Assembly: GCF_033153115.1 (NCBI RefSeq)
Contig: NW_026889760.1
Span: 62,001-126,000 of the forward strand
Direction: 5' to 3'
From: Saccostrea echinata
Taxonomy: Eukaryota
Length of the DNA stretch: 64,000 nucleotides
Below are positions 14,601 to 30,950 of this stretch, in pieces. The notes below the pieces were generated by a model, which was not told the origin of the DNA, searched no databases, and saw nothing but the letters and a program-made list of their open reading frames with translations. A program made the translations under genes and the position numbers. Every line of letters begins with the position of its first letter. Within the stretch, counting starts at the first letter, position 1.

Positions 14601-16532
14601 ATTGGCATTGTAGAATCCAAATTTATTGTAAGAATTAAAACATTATGCAGAATTTTTGAAATATAGGTTAAGATAAGAATCTGCTCAAAAGCTCAGGAGC
14701 GAACCTCGTTAAAGAGATTCTTTCTTTGCTACGTTTGATATTGAAGACTTCACTAATACTTTTCTTTTATTTCTGTCCACAAACAGTCTAGTGAAATCAA
14801 TATGTTCAACAAACCCTTCAATTGCCTTTTGAAGATCATAGATTTCTTCAACCTGGACATCTTTCACACCTGGAATTTGCAAAAACAAAATAGAACTTGT
14901 TGTTCTCAACAAAAAAACCCCCTAATAATAAAGCTTGAAATAGCTATACAGCTAACTTCAGTTATTCCAAACAATTTGATTATGCTGATTAAGTTTTATT
15001 TTAAATGTTTTTCCCCTTAAAAGTGCATTTTTTTTTAATGTGCAAAAAGTTGTAATTTGCTGACTTGATAGTTCTATACATTCTACTGTTTTTTAAATTA
15101 ATACAATTCATGATAAAATGTGTCTCCTTCAAAGCATTTGCAAAAAAGATAAAGTTCTAAAAATTTTAAGGCTATAAAGAGAAATTGATTTGTGATCAAA
15201 CAGGTCATCCTCACAATACCAGGGGTCCTGAGTCAAAACGTTGCCGTTGGACCCCTGGCATATTTCATTTGATATTTTAGGACTTGCTTCTCTCATTGAG
15301 AAGCACCAATCAAATTAAAGCTTTCATAAATAATTAGATAAGGATTCAGTTGACACCTCAAATGCACATATTACAAGCCTTTCTTATCATAGAATGGCTT
15401 AATGTGATTGGTTGAAAGATAAGGAAACAATCAAGATTTGTAATTTTTCCGAAAGACTTAATTCGCTTCAGCATGTTTAGTCAGCCCACAAAATATCTAA
15501 TTAAATATGCCGGGGTCCAATGGCAACGTGTTGACTCAGGACCCCTGGCATTGCGAGGATGCAAACGGGTGCTTCTTGAATGACATTATAACAGAGGCCA
15601 ATTCTGGTAAGCATGATAATTGATTGGTAATAATTCAGCACAATGTGACCCATGCGCAGGTGATATTCAAATACATAAACACAGGAAATACATCTTTAAT
15701 TTGTTTTACAGTGTTCAAAAGTAGGATTGCTTGAACAGATAATGGTGCAGTGCAAACAGTGAAATGGACAAATTTCACATTTTTAAGAGTCATCTCCCAT
15801 TGTAAGAGTCATTTTTCTCATTATGTCCTTTGTTAGTTATCTGTTAATATTTTCAACCTTCAAATGGTCTAGGATGATTTTGATCCTTTCCTGTATTGCC
15901 ATAGTATGGGGCAACATAAAACTCATAATGAACATATTCATACAGATTTCAAATTTACATTTCTGCCCCATAAATTTGGCAATATGCTATAGAAGGAAAC
16001 TAGTGCTAGCTGGTTGACCCCAGATTGACCCTTAAAAGGGAAATAACTTTTGTAAATGTGAAAGTCATCTCTATGATTCAGTTTTAAGTGAAACACGTGA
16101 CTGAATATTAATTGCAAATTAAAAAAAGGCAATGAAATACCTTCTTCAAGCTTTTTTGCAAAGCTTACCAAAGCTATTTAGCTAAACCAAATTTAATAGC
16201 TTAATCAAGAGACCGAGCTAGACCTTGTCAATTAAAAATTACTCATAATCACGGATTTTTCATGTTGAGGGGAAAAAAGGATTTCTGTAACGTTACCCCA
16301 TTAAAAACAGTTATGTTACTTACCCATATCTTCGATCAGCAAGGTAAACAAGCCTGCAAAATTTATATAATTCACAGGTATATTAGTTTATCAGATATAA
16401 TCATATACAAACGAATTTACTTCAAAAACATGATCTGAAATGATCGAAATTTATTTGCTGAAATTAGGAAAAAGTGCATTATTGTTATTGCTCACCAGGA
16501 TCGCTCTCCAGCTCCAGCCATCCTTTGTTCAT
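2645..16532 (-). CDS. BAP1: Ubiquitin C-terminal hydrolase BAP1 (Calypso orthologue), 11 coding exons visible; C-terminal ULD exons lie left of the window
   Basis: GT-AG exons: 16496-16532 [12 protein letters not shown]; 16324-16353 [11 protein letters not shown]; 14815-14869 [18 protein letters not shown]; 13430-13559 [18 protein letters not shown]...FFAQQ; 12774-12896 [18 protein letters not shown] (catalytic Cys); 12390-12451 [21 protein letters not shown]; 11898-12040 ..[29 protein letters not shown] (catalytic His/Asp); 11241-11319 [22 protein letters not shown]; 8727-8850 [18 protein letters not shown]; 3007-3649 long acidic insert with [16 protein letters not shown]; 2645-2727 ..QPFTPK. 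Phases are consistent. Confidence 0.96.
4450..4533. repeat. Short tandem repeat, 3 x CAC(A/C)ACAGTTCATAGGTCAAGA
   Basis: Three direct copies visible in the BAP1 intron. Confidence 0.85.
5395..6062 (-). mobile_element. DINE-1/HINE-like element with ~179-bp tandem units
   Basis: Three units (GTAATATGCACATCTACAC at ~5541, 5720, 5899), GGAC microsatellite at ~5995-6020, and terminal hairpin TTATACCCC..GCAACTTGTTGC..GGGGTATAA. Confidence 0.75.
6637..8151. mobile_element. PIF/Harbinger-like MITE containing a nested smaller foldback element (~6892-7108)
   Basis: TIRs GGGCTATTCCAGGAAAAA... / ...TTTTTCCTGGAATAGCCC with a TTA target-site duplication on both sides. Confidence 0.85.
8940..10428 (-). 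mobile_element. HINE-like element with a ~140-bp internal satellite array
   Basis: Repeated CATCCATGCAAGTTTGGTCAA...CACTCATCCAGAAAAT units, terminal hairpin AGCTCCCCCAACTTTGCTGGGGTGAGCTAA. Relatives at 28032-28463 and ~44600-44780. Confidence 0.75.
9129..9472. mobile_element. CAG-terminated MITE with a 5-bp TSD, nested in the 140-bp satellite
   Basis: TIRs CAGTGGCGTATATTCC / GGAATATACACCATTG, with GTCAA duplicated on both flanks. The same left end recurs at ~57980. Confidence 0.75.
12880..13235 (-). repeat. ~8 degenerate ~43-50-bp copies of the BAP1 exon-5 acceptor junction
   Basis: Plus-strand TCACCTA(C)...TCAA(A/G)CATA motif recurs at ~12893, 12936, 12986, 13027, 13070, 13117, 13169 and 13223. 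Confidence 0.8.
13774..14464. mobile_element. Degenerate Kolobok-like non-autonomous element
   Basis: TTAA|GGAGGTTGGATCC at left and GGAATCCAAAC|TTAA at right (imperfect TIR). Confidence 0.45.
15206..15561. mobile_element. MITE with ~50-bp TIRs and a 9-bp TSD (Mutator-like)
   Basis: CATCCTCACAATACCAGGGGTCCTGAGTCAA.. / ..TTGACTCAGGACCCCTGGCATTGCGAGGATG. Flanks are CAAACAGGT and CAAACGGGT. Confidence 0.8.
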
Positions 16533-16849
16533 ATTTTAGCGAAATAAATCTGATTTTTCGATGAATATGTGTTAACACCGCAAAAGCCAAATGTACCAAA
16601 GATGTCTCCTTTTCTAGAAGAGTTCCACGGGAGGTGCTATTTATTAAAAATAATGATTAACTCATTTCTTTTTACTCCTTTATCTCAACAATGTTTATTG
16701 TACTAATAAATACAATATTTTATTCTTATAGGATTAAGTGTAAATCCATTTAAAATACATGATTAGTTATTAACATCCTGTTCAAAATACGAGTTAAATT
16801 ACTTCTCCCTTATTGATTTTTCTACCTTAATTTTCTGAAGAGCAACGTT
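16533..16849. promoter_or_regulatory. Putative bidirectional promoter for BAP1/ALG10
   Basis: Divergent start codons are only ~317 bp apart. Confidence 0.7.
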
Positions 16850-18106
16850 ATGGGACACGCAACAGAAATATTAGTTTTCGCCGGTATAGTTATATTAAGC
16901 TTGATTGTTATGTGCTTGATCAATCAAGTTCAAGAAAATCCATATATGGATGAAATTTTTCATATTCGGCAAGTTAAACATTACTGTCATGGAAATTTTT
17001 CAGTGGTAAGTATGGAGAGTTGAAAACAAGTTATATTCTCTTAACATCTTTGCTACTGTGGCGGTCAGATGGATTCGAGATAGCTCAGTTGGTAGAGCAA
17101 CTGACTGGAGATTCAGGGGGCCCGGGGTCGAACCATCACGTTTTTCTACTTTTCTGTTACATTTGGTCAGCCAGTAAGGGGGGGGGGGGGGGGGGGGACT
17201 TGCAAGGCCTGCCTTCTTCAGGTTATGTGAATTCTGCAAATTCTTAATTAAGAAGTACTGGCAGGTCGAAAACTTTTTAAGGAGGGAGGAATGTAGAAGC
17301 TTGGGCAATATGGACCATTGATTTCGGCCTTGGTAGTGGTAGAGCACCTGACTAGTGATGCAGGGGTCCCAAGTTCTATTCACAGTCCATCAGTATATTT
17401 TCGTGATTAATTCCTCCTTTCACTACATTTGGTGTCGTGCCATGCCCTGGAAGTGACAGCTGAAAAACCTGCCAGGGATGACCCTGTGTCGGTGTCATCA
17501 GAAGCTGAAGACCTTTAAGGAGGGAGAAATGTGGCGGTCAGATGGTTTTGATCACCAGTAGCCAGATAGCACAGTTGGTAGAGCATCTGACTGGAGACTC
17601 AGGGTCCTGGGTTCAAATCCCAGTCTGATCTGTCACATTTTTCTCCTTTCCTGTTACACATTACATTAAAATGACAAAATATTTAATGACAACCACAATC
17701 AGCACACAGAATACGTACAGAAAGAACAAATAATTTCTGCTGACTGTTACCAGGAGTTAAAAAATATGTGGGTACGAGATCTGGCACTTAGAGTTTATGG
17801 GGCAGACCAGCTAATAATTGCTCACCAATAGTCCATTGGACCAGTAGTATTGAGCAGAAAAAATATTTGAAAAGTACAAAAATAAAAAAAAAAATCCCAC
17901 ATATTTCAAAAGCGAGTATTATTTATCATTTCTTCTAATTAAAAGCACAACTTGAACACTAGTTTACTACACAGTACAATTAAGTCACATCAGCTAAATG
18001 TTTTAGTGTTATTTAAAATTAAAGCAGCATTCAGATTTTACAGTGCAATTCAAAAGAAAAAGTCACTAAATGAGATGATGAGTAAACACAGGGTCAACAA
18101 ACATTG

Positions 18107-18150
<44 letters not shown>

Positions 18151-18211
18151 ATTTTGTCCGTAGTCTGTCTGTCCGTCCGTCCGTCCGTCTGTAAACTTTT
18201 CACATTTTCGA

Positions 18212-18258
<47 letters not shown>

Positions 18259-21200
18259 AGCATCCTTGGGTGAAGGGGGTTCAAGTTTGTTCAAATGAAG
18301 GGCCATGCCCTCTTCCAAGGGGAGATAATTAAGAATAAGTGAAAATTTGGTGTCTTCTTTTAAAAATCTTCTTCTCAAGAACCACAGGGCCAGAAAAGTT
18401 GAAACTTATGGGAAACCTTCGTTACATAGTGTAGATTCAAGTTTGTTCAAATCATGACCCCCGGGGGTAGGGTGGGGCCACTATGGGGGATCAAAGTTTT
18501 ACATAGGAATACATAGGAAAATTCTTTAAAAATCTTCTTCTCAAGAACAACAAAGCCACAATTAGTCATATTGATATGAAATCATCCTCAGGTAATGTAG
18601 ATTCAAGTTTGTCCAAATCATGACCCCCGGGGGTAGGGTGGGGCCACAATGGGGGATCAAAGTTTTACATAGGAATATATAGGAAAATTCTTTAAAAATC
18701 TTCTTCTCAAGAACAACAAAGTCACAATTAGTCATATTGATATGAAATCATCCTCAGAGTAGTGTAGATTTAAGTTTGTTCAAATCATGACCCCCGGGGG
18801 TAGGGTGGGTCCACAATTCCGTTTCAAGAATAGCAAAACCATGATTAGTTATATGAATATAGAAGCATCCTCAGAAAGTTTAGATTCAATTTCATTCAAA
18901 ACATGGCAACTGGGGATAGGTTATGCCTAGAACAGTTGATCAAAGCTTTACGTATGAATATATAGAAGAAGAAATCTGCTGACAAAGAACAGCAGGGCCA
19001 TATTGACTCAGGTGAGCGTTGTGGCCCATGGGCCTCTTGTTTCAGATTTGTTTTAATTCATTTGTCAAGTGAATTAACATTATAGACTAGTGAATTTCAG
19101 TTCAGTAGTCCAGTAATTTCAAGCTCAGTAGTCTTAGGTCATATGAATGTTTATGGAAATTTTAAACCCCTGTGTTACCCCCACTTTATATTTTGATGTG
19201 GGGGAAAGAGTCAGAAGAGGCCCCATTTGAAAATAAACCTTGAATTCCATGCAGCCGACTGGTGTTGCAACATTCCTTACTTTTGCTTCCTAACTTGAAA
19301 CGTTTGTCCACTGCTAAAAATTTTAGTAGGCTTCCCAGTCCAGTTGACTAAGTCTAAGAGAAACTCATGACATCATCTTTTACATTACTTATTATGACAT
19401 ACTGTATGTGTACTTAAAAAAGTGGGCTTCATATTTTAGTTACTTTGGCACAGACAACAATATGTTAATCCATGAATACTGGTAAGAAATCATTTATATA
19501 TACAATATAAGGCATGGACATGTGTAGCGCTAATTCATGATTACACCAACAACTCCATACTAAGTGATTGTGCTAAATTTTGAAAACACCAATTCATGTA
19601 CATGTACAGTAACTCATTAACTCATATGTCATTAAATATGAAAAAGTCACTGCTTCTGAGTGATGAAGAACATGCATGACTGTAAAGATAAATATTTAAG
19701 TCAATACAAGTAGAACTGTCATGACACCAGTATCAGGAAAACCATTATCAATATTTTGAAATTTTTGCTTTCTCCAATGAAATTTCTTCATGTAAATTTA
19801 CATAATTTTCTTTCAGTGGGATCCAATGATAACAACCCTCCCTGGTTTATATTTAGTAACAGTTGGAATCTTGAAGCCCATAATTCTCCTTCTGGGTGCT
19901 GAATCGGTGTGTTCTGTAATGGGTCTCCGATTCATAAATGTTTTGTTCCAGGCCGGAACCTTCTACGTACTGAAAGAGATCTATAAAACAATCCACTCAC
20001 CACCGACAGGGGAGAAGGTAATATAAATGTTAAAAATTATTAATTCATCATTCATTATTATGAGTGTATGCTGTATACCAACTTATTCACGTGCGAGGAA
20101 TATCCATGAGTTTTGCGACACACTTTAACTCGCAAATACCATTTATTTTGCATTGTAATTGAAGAGAATGTTTCCTCAATCGCAAAAATTAATCGTCGCA
20201 GATTGATTTCAAACTGACGAACCGTGAATAATAGTTGGTTTACAGTACATGGTATAGGGTGCAGAAATTTCAACAATGGGGATCACTTTTGGCAGTACAG
20301 ATAAGGAACTCATGATAGATGGCAGACGTGATACTAAGCCACATAAAATTAATTTTTTGATTCTCATCTTAGCCTGTTCTTCTCATATCTGTGTAGGCAT
20401 CAATGATATGTAAACATATATCACACATAAATATATTATTATTCAGAATTACCTATAAATGCCTTATTCTTAGTAAAATACATTTTTTATTGCAGGATGT
20501 CATTAGGATGGCCCTGATTACTGCTGTGACCTTGACCTTGTTCCCTTTGCTCTACTTTTTCACCTTTTTGTACTACACTGACCCAGGATCCACATTCTTT
20601 GTGCTTCTGATGTATCTGTTTCATCTTCGTGGAAATAAATCCTTGGCAGCTTTTATGGGAGGAGAATCCATTTTGTTTCGTCAGTCGAATGTTATCTGGG
20701 TCGTCTTCATGGCAGGTTTAACAGCAGCAGACATCGTTCAGGAATGGATGAAAAGCCAAACTCATGTGAAGAAAAAAGACAAGACATCAACTCCTACCTC
20801 AGAAGGACAAGTCATCTTTAATTTCTTAAAACTTCTGTTCACAAACTTTAAATCAACACCACAGAATATCCTAAAACTAGTATGCCATATACTTATGGGG
20901 TCTTTTTATTACATTAGTGTTATAGGCCTTTTCGGGTTATTTGTACACTATAATGGGGGGATCGTTGTGGGGGATAAATCTCAACATGAGGCCTGTTTAA
21001 ACTATCCCCAAGTCTTCTATTTTGTTTCCTTTACTGTGTTGTTTTTAAGTCCATACACGATCAGTCCCTCACGAATCGCCAACTTCATCCTGTTCTGTGT
21101 AAATCACATTCCATTTACTGTAGCGTTCTTGTCAGTGTCATATGCCCTAGTCAATAAATATACCTATGTTCATCTATACTTAATATCAGACAACAGGCAT

Positions 21201-21566
21201 TATACATTCTATGTTTGGAATAAAATCTATGAGTCAAGAATACCATACATTAGATATGCCTTGATCCCAGCTTATTATTATGGAATCTTCTCCCTATTTC
21301 AAACAATGAAACACAAAAATGTCTTTTGGAAAATAGTTTTCTCAGTATGTTTGTTGGCAGCTACGATACCTCAGAAACTGTTAGAATTTCGTTACTTTAT
21401 TTTGCCTTACCTAATATACAGAGTAAATGTTAAGGATGTTTCTTGGATGAACTTGCTGTTAGAAGTCATAATTTATGTGTTAGTGAATGTCTTTACGATA
21501 TATATGTTTATTGCCAGACCTTTTAAATGGGGAGACAATGTTGAATTACAACGATTTATGTGGTAA
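16850..21566 (+). CDS. ALG10: Dol-P-Glc:Glc2Man9GlcNAc2-PP-Dol alpha-1,2-glucosyltransferase (ALG10/DIE2), 3 exons
   Basis: Exons 16850-17005 (MGHATE...NPYMDEIFHIRQVKHYCHGNFSV), 19817-20017 (WDPMITTLPGLYLV...) and 20496-21566 (YYTDPGS, FRQSNVIW, DNRHYTFYVW, LLEFRYFILPY, C-terminal QRFMW). These are DIE2/ALG10 family motifs in a multi-TM protein. Confidence 0.95.
17055..17660 (+). repeat. tRNA-derived (SINE-like) degenerate tandem repeat, ~3 units of ~240-250 bp
   Basis: A-box-like TAGC(T/A)CAGTTGGTAGAGCA at ~17081 and ~17567, with a weaker copy at ~17333. B-box-like GGTTCAAATCC at ~17610. Shared spacers TTTAAGGAGGGAG and TGTGGCGGTCAGATGG. Confidence 0.7.
18107..19041 (+). mobile_element. HINE-like element (same family as 1-1243) with a short satellite array
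   Basis: 5' TTAGCTCACCTGAGCTGAAAGCTCAAGTGAGC, (CCGT)n microsatellite, and 3' subterminal IR CTCAGGTGAGC plus palindrome GGCCCATGGGCC ending in CTTGTT. Confidence 0.85.
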
Positions 21567-21754
21567 ATTATTTGTGTTAAAAAATTTGTGTACAGTAAAA
21601 CTCCTTTGAAAGAAGATGTTGTAGTCTTTAATGATGAAGCGGCCCTCACGCTTTGGTGGTCATTTGATGGAATGAAATATTTTGAAATATTTTGAAAGCG
21701 AAAATTCAAAATTACAGTTTGATCAAGTGAAAGATGATAAGTGATAGGGCCTTT

Positions 21755-22543
21755 TAAGCTCACCTGGATAAATTTCATTCAAACTTGGCACAAAGCATCC
21801 TTGGGTAATGGATATTCAATTTTATCTTTTGAAGGGCCAAGTCCATGTCAAGAGTATGTAACTTAAGGAAATAGCAAAAATAGGATGGCGTTGTTTTAAA
21901 ATCTTCCCAAGAACCACTGGGTCAGAAAAAAAAATTTCTATTAAAGCTATAGAACGGAACTCTAAAAATCTTCTCAATATAAGAACACTGCATCAATAAG
22001 TCAAATTGATATGCTTGCATCCCTATGTAGTGCAGATTCAAATTTGCTCAAAATCACCCCAGGGCTAGGGAGGGGCACACTAAGAGGTCGGTCTGATATA
22101 GGAGAGTTTAATAGAAGAATCCTTATAAATCTTTCAAGAACAGAAGGGATGCAATTGTTCATACATAACAAGTACTTTGCATTTATTTAAAATGTACATA
22201 AGTATTCATATAAGTACCTTGTACATTTATTTAATCAATATACACATTACCAGGTATAGTGAATATTCAAGTTTGTTCAAATCATGGCCTCTGGGGCTAG
22301 AGTTAAAATTTTGAAATTCTTTAAAAATCTGAAGAACAACAGGAATCACAATTTTATATTGATATTAACAATGATTGACTTAAGTTTGTATAAGTCAGTG
22401 TCCCTGGGGCAAGTATGCAGCCAAAGTAGAGAATTAAAGTTTGACATGGGAATAAACAGGAAAAGTTCTTTAAAATCTTCTATTAAAGCATAGTAAGCTT
22501 TACAGTTCACACAGGTGAGCATTGTGGCCTATGGGTCTTTGTT
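21755..22543 (+). mobile_element. Degenerate copy of the same HINE-like family just 3' of ALG10
   Basis: TTAAGCTCACCTG at the start, CAGGTGAGCATTGTGGCCTATGGGTCTTTGTT at the end, and decayed satellite units between. Confidence 0.65.
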
Positions 22544-22697
22544 CCAGATTCTGTGACTCAGCACATTAAAACAACTAGGAAAGATAACCCAAGTAAATGC
22601 CATGGGGAAAAAATAGGAAAGTTGTAGATAAAAATGTTGAATTGCAGAAGTATGCTTTATCATGTTACAGTTCCATGACTGACTTCCATTAGTTTAA

Positions 22698-23821
22698 GGT
22701 AGTATGGGATACCTCTACGTTATGACGTATTTCCGTTTGAAGTATTGTTTTGATTTGCATGAGTGCTTATTATCGGGTCAAAATTTGTAGATACACCGTT
22801 GAAAAGAACACTCTGAAGCCTATTTCAATGCAACTTCTCACAAGTCGGCATTTTAAGTAAAAACAGACAAAAAAATCGCAAGTATATAAATTTATTATAA
22901 TTGTACAATGGACATTTAAAAAAGCAAACCCCTGTAAAAGGTAGTTTCAGCGTTGCTGCTTTTGAACACTTTTAAGCAAAAGCTGTATTTCAATTGTTTG
23001 AGTAACTGTACAGCACCTTGTGTGCAGTGAGACATGGATAAGTGCGATTACTTCACATTGTGCTGAATTATCACCAATCAATTATCACGTTTACCAGAGC
23101 TGGACTTTTTTGTTATTTAATTCAAGAAGTAACTGTTTGGTCACAAATCAGCTAGCTGTTGTATATAGTCCCAAAACGTTCAGATGAATGCAATTGCTCT
23201 GAACAAGACACGTCCTGGAAAGCGATTGTCCATGCATTGTTTTCAAAACCGCTCAAAGTTGAAAACTACAAAGTGCGATTTTTTTATGGTTGGGAAAAAA
23301 TGCTCATCATTTCTAAAACAGCACCCAGGTTTTTTCAACCCTTGGAAAATAAAGAAGGATAACTCTTCTGTTCGGATCTTTTAATTCAAAAAAATTTAAA
23401 TGCATTTTATATTTTCCATTTATATATATATTTTCAATTTGTTTATTTCACTTTGCTAACATATTAAGATACATTCTTATTGTAGACTTCCATGAAATGT
23501 TATCCGTCTGTTTTCAAGAAATAAAGTTTTCCCAGTTTTTTACGCTTATTTTTTGTTGAAAATTAAAAAAAATACTAAGACATATTTCTTGTCATTTTTG
23601 TTTTTATAAACACTTTATATTAGCAAACGCCTGCCTATAATATTAAGCTTATGAAAAAAGAATTATGCAAGAAAAAAAATCGTTTTTGTATTTCTCATTA
23701 AAATAATAAAAAAATTATTAAAATTACACTTTAATATACTGAAAGGTGGGGGTATTTCAAATCCTTCTAATTTGGGTACATAAATATGTAGGAGAAGTTT
23801 CGTTTGGTATCCCATAACACC
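22698..23821. mobile_element. Kolobok-like non-autonomous DNA transposon
   Basis: TTAA|GGTAGTATGGGATACC ... GGTATCCCATAACACC|TTAA (GG..CC termini, TTAA TSD). Confidence 0.8.
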
Positions 23822-26138
23822 TTAAGTATATGCCTCTCAGAGAAAACACTAGTTATACTGGTTTATTGCCACTTATTACCATCTAGAGCTATGCAGACCT
23901 ATTAGTAAAATGGGTTAAGGGAACTAATTTTGCGTTTATTTTTAAAACAGAAAACTTAAATGATTCCTCCTGTATCCTTGTGCAAACACTCCTTTTCTGA
24001 CCACGGAAATTTTTAAATATCTAATTGAACAAAATGTACTAGGATTTAAGCTTTTCATCTAGCCTGACTTACTTCAACTTTCAACTTTCTGTCACAATGA
24101 GACATGCAATATCCAATGGCTCCTTTGACATCTGAACCACTGACCTCTTGAACATGTTGAAATTAGGGCTTTATATTTAACACAAAATAGTCATCTGCTA
24201 CACGTCTTCCAGACTTTGCAAATTGCACATCTAATATACAAGTACATATCTTTTAAATCCATGATCAGATGGTGACAATGACACATCTGTTTGGGATGTG
24301 TAAATACAATACGTACATGTAAAAACTTTCAATGAGCTGTGTCATATCCTGGATACCCAATCACTCAATTTTAGCATATTAGATTACTTCTAAATAAAAT
24401 CATGCTTCCACTCCTTAGTCCTTGGAAACACCTGTCATAAATGTTCTCAAATACATAAATATTAAATGTACATTTCTTATTTATTGATCAATTCATTATA
24501 GATTTACAGTAATGCTCAAAATTATACTCAATATAAATTGAATTGTGTACTTGTACACATACATGTATAAGGATATCCTATTGCAGTTGTGGGAAAAAGG
24601 AGTAACTTTGCATACAGTCATGTTTTATAGAAAAAAAAAAGAACATTTATTTAATAAAATGGTCATCATTGATGCACAATGTACATTTTTCACAGAGATC
24701 TCCTGTAGGTAGAACAAAGAAACTTTTAAAACTATGCATGTTGTTATGATGCAAATAATATTAAAATTGACACTTCTCAATAGAGTACTTTGACAGAAGT
24801 GGACACTGTAGCTATAACAAAAATAATAATTTTTTGAAAGTGTTTGATTTCCCTTGTTCGAGATAATATTGAGGCCTTAGAGATATAACACTGATCATCT
24901 ACACAGAAAAACAAAAACACATGAAGCAGGTAACTCTAAATCTCAAATCCATCCACAGAATAAAAACCAAGATTATTTTTAAATATTTCATTTAAATAAC
25001 AAGAGCGTAAAACTGATAACAAAAAAAAATTAACGTTTAACAGACTCTGAAATGTACCTGTATCTAAGTACAAAGATCTGAGGATTCATTATTTCGAATG
25101 ATCCAACTTTATCCAACAATTTTCATAGCTTCAGAATTTTTTCAATTGACAGTGAAAAAAACAATTTAATCATCAAAATGGTCTACAGTTTGTAAACATA
25201 CAAGTTGTGAACGACATGAGACCTGAACTTGATGAAACATTTCACGAACACAGCAAGACCTCACTTGTACAAAAATATTCTGAAACCCTGTCTTCTACAA
25301 ATCTGAGAACTACAGACAATTATATTATATCATCTAATTTTTTTTTTTTAAATGTTTCACATAAAGTCAACTTTTCTTTAAAATTACAGTACTGTACAAT
25401 TTAACAAAAAAGTGTCTAAAATTTCTAATGCTTCACTGAAATACCAACACGTACAAGACCACAGAATCCACATAATCTATAGAGTATAAAAATAATTTTA
25501 AATTCAGCTTCAGTTAATTAAAATATCTATTAGTCCAGAGAGACTTTCTCAAACTACTAAAATTGTTTGCGCTAGTTGATATGTAAGCACTTTCTAAATT
25601 GCATGCCTTAAAGATTTTGTTTTATTCAATTCCATAAAAAAAACATGGCTTAAAAAATCTCTATCAAAAAATGGGTAAATTTTACTTAACCAACATGTAT
25701 ATAAGCAGCAAATCACAACATTTGTTAACCTCTTGGCAGATAATTTAGATTTTTTTCTTATTTGAGCATGGCAAAGGAGAGGAGCATATCACATTCCTAT
25801 CATAACAGAGAAAAAAAGAAAATCTTGTAAAATTCTGATTCAAATCACAAATAAATTAACGCAACTTCCATGGACCTGTCCTGGATCTGTGGGAGTCATT
25901 TAACCTAACATTCGAGTATTGTCATGACAACTTCCAATCAGATGCCTTTTAACATAGTCACATTCACTCACATACACACCTCAAATTCATACTGCTCAGT
26001 GATTGGTCATTTCATCTTCACTCCCAAGAAACGTCTATGTGGTCCATGAATGAAAATTGTGTGCTAAATGAAACCATTTTTTTTTCGCATGTTCTTTCAT
26101 GAAGATAAACAATTTTTACAGAGAAGAAGTTATTCCTA

Positions 26139-29710
<3,572 letters not shown>

Positions 29711-30879
29711 AATACTGTCCTGAAAATATCCAAAAAATCTCAGTTATATTTTTTTTTCATTACTGTACAGTACTATTTATATATCTCCTTAAATTTTTAA
29801 TATGTGTTCACCTGCATTGATTTTTTTCTCTCCTAAGATGACCATCTCCATAAACTTTAAAACCCATGAAGTTCATGAAGGTGTATTATACAAAATTAAC
29901 ACCCATAATAATATTTTACTACTGAAAAAAAATCATACCCTTGTTATTGTTATGTCTATAATCAAGCTCCATGTTCATTCTATACATTCAAACTAAAAAC
30001 TCGGGTCTAACTCAAAACAGCCTTTGTTGCCAAATTTTAAACAAGGCAAAAATGAAATAACATGCATTGTGAAAATTTTCCATACACTGTAAACGAGCTT
30101 CACCTATCAAGTGTCAACAGTCTCATTGTACCAGGGCATCACATACACCATGTGTACTCATGCTTTTTAATTTTTCTTTCACATAGATAAAGTAAATCAA
30201 ATGTTTCCCCCATGAGATGATGGTTTAAACACCAAGCTTACAAAACAAAGCATGCCCTAAGTTATCTTTGAATAAAAGACTTCCTCTGTTTATTTTCTTC
30301 CTTAGATCAGATGTAACAGACCTCTATTATACGACACAAATCTTCACAATCAAAACGAAACTTGCTGGTGTAAAGAATAACCTCAGGTATCAAAATCTAA
30401 ATTTTAACTTACCACTTTGGTGATCGCCCAAATTTGAATACATTTTTTTTTCAATAATTATACATAGAAAAGCACACAATGAAAGAAGTTTCTATTTATA
30501 AACATAGTCAGCTGATCACCACTTGATGTTATCAACGGCCAAGAATCAAAGCGTTAGGAAACTTAATAAAATATCATTAAATGTTTTCTCCTAAACAAAA
30601 ACTCATCAATACATTTAAAAAACATTGACATGTCAAATATCCAGTACTTTTTTCACGTAAAGAAGAAATAAGAAAAATTACACATGAATCCTTGACTAAA
30701 CCAAAGATTTCACCAATAATTTCCTTCAATACTGAAGCTTTTATAATAAATGATTTCTACACAAGTCATAGAGAGCATTAAGCTTTGCTAAAACCGTACC
30801 TGTTTAACACAATAACGATCAACAATGAGTTTCTTTGTGAGTGATGAATATAGAAAATTATTTCATCTACGAATGACAC

Positions 30880-30950
30880 CTCCAATATGGCTCCTACAGT
30901 CTCGTGACCTGTGACGTCATTCAAACTTCCGACCTCATTTTCGATCCATT
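30880..30950. promoter_or_regulatory. Putative bidirectional promoter for RAB7/EEF1AKMT2
   Basis: Cluster of YY1-like AATATGGC, CRE TGACGTCA (30912-30919) and ETS-like ACTTCCG immediately upstream of the EEF1AKMT2 ATG. A minus-strand donor at ~30799 fits a RAB7 5'UTR exon. Confidence 0.6.

Noticed and set aside
17560-17635. Possible tRNA gene
   Set aside because: The anticodon arm is irregular, the three copies disagree, and they are embedded in a larger repeated unit. Treated as a tRNA-derived repeat.
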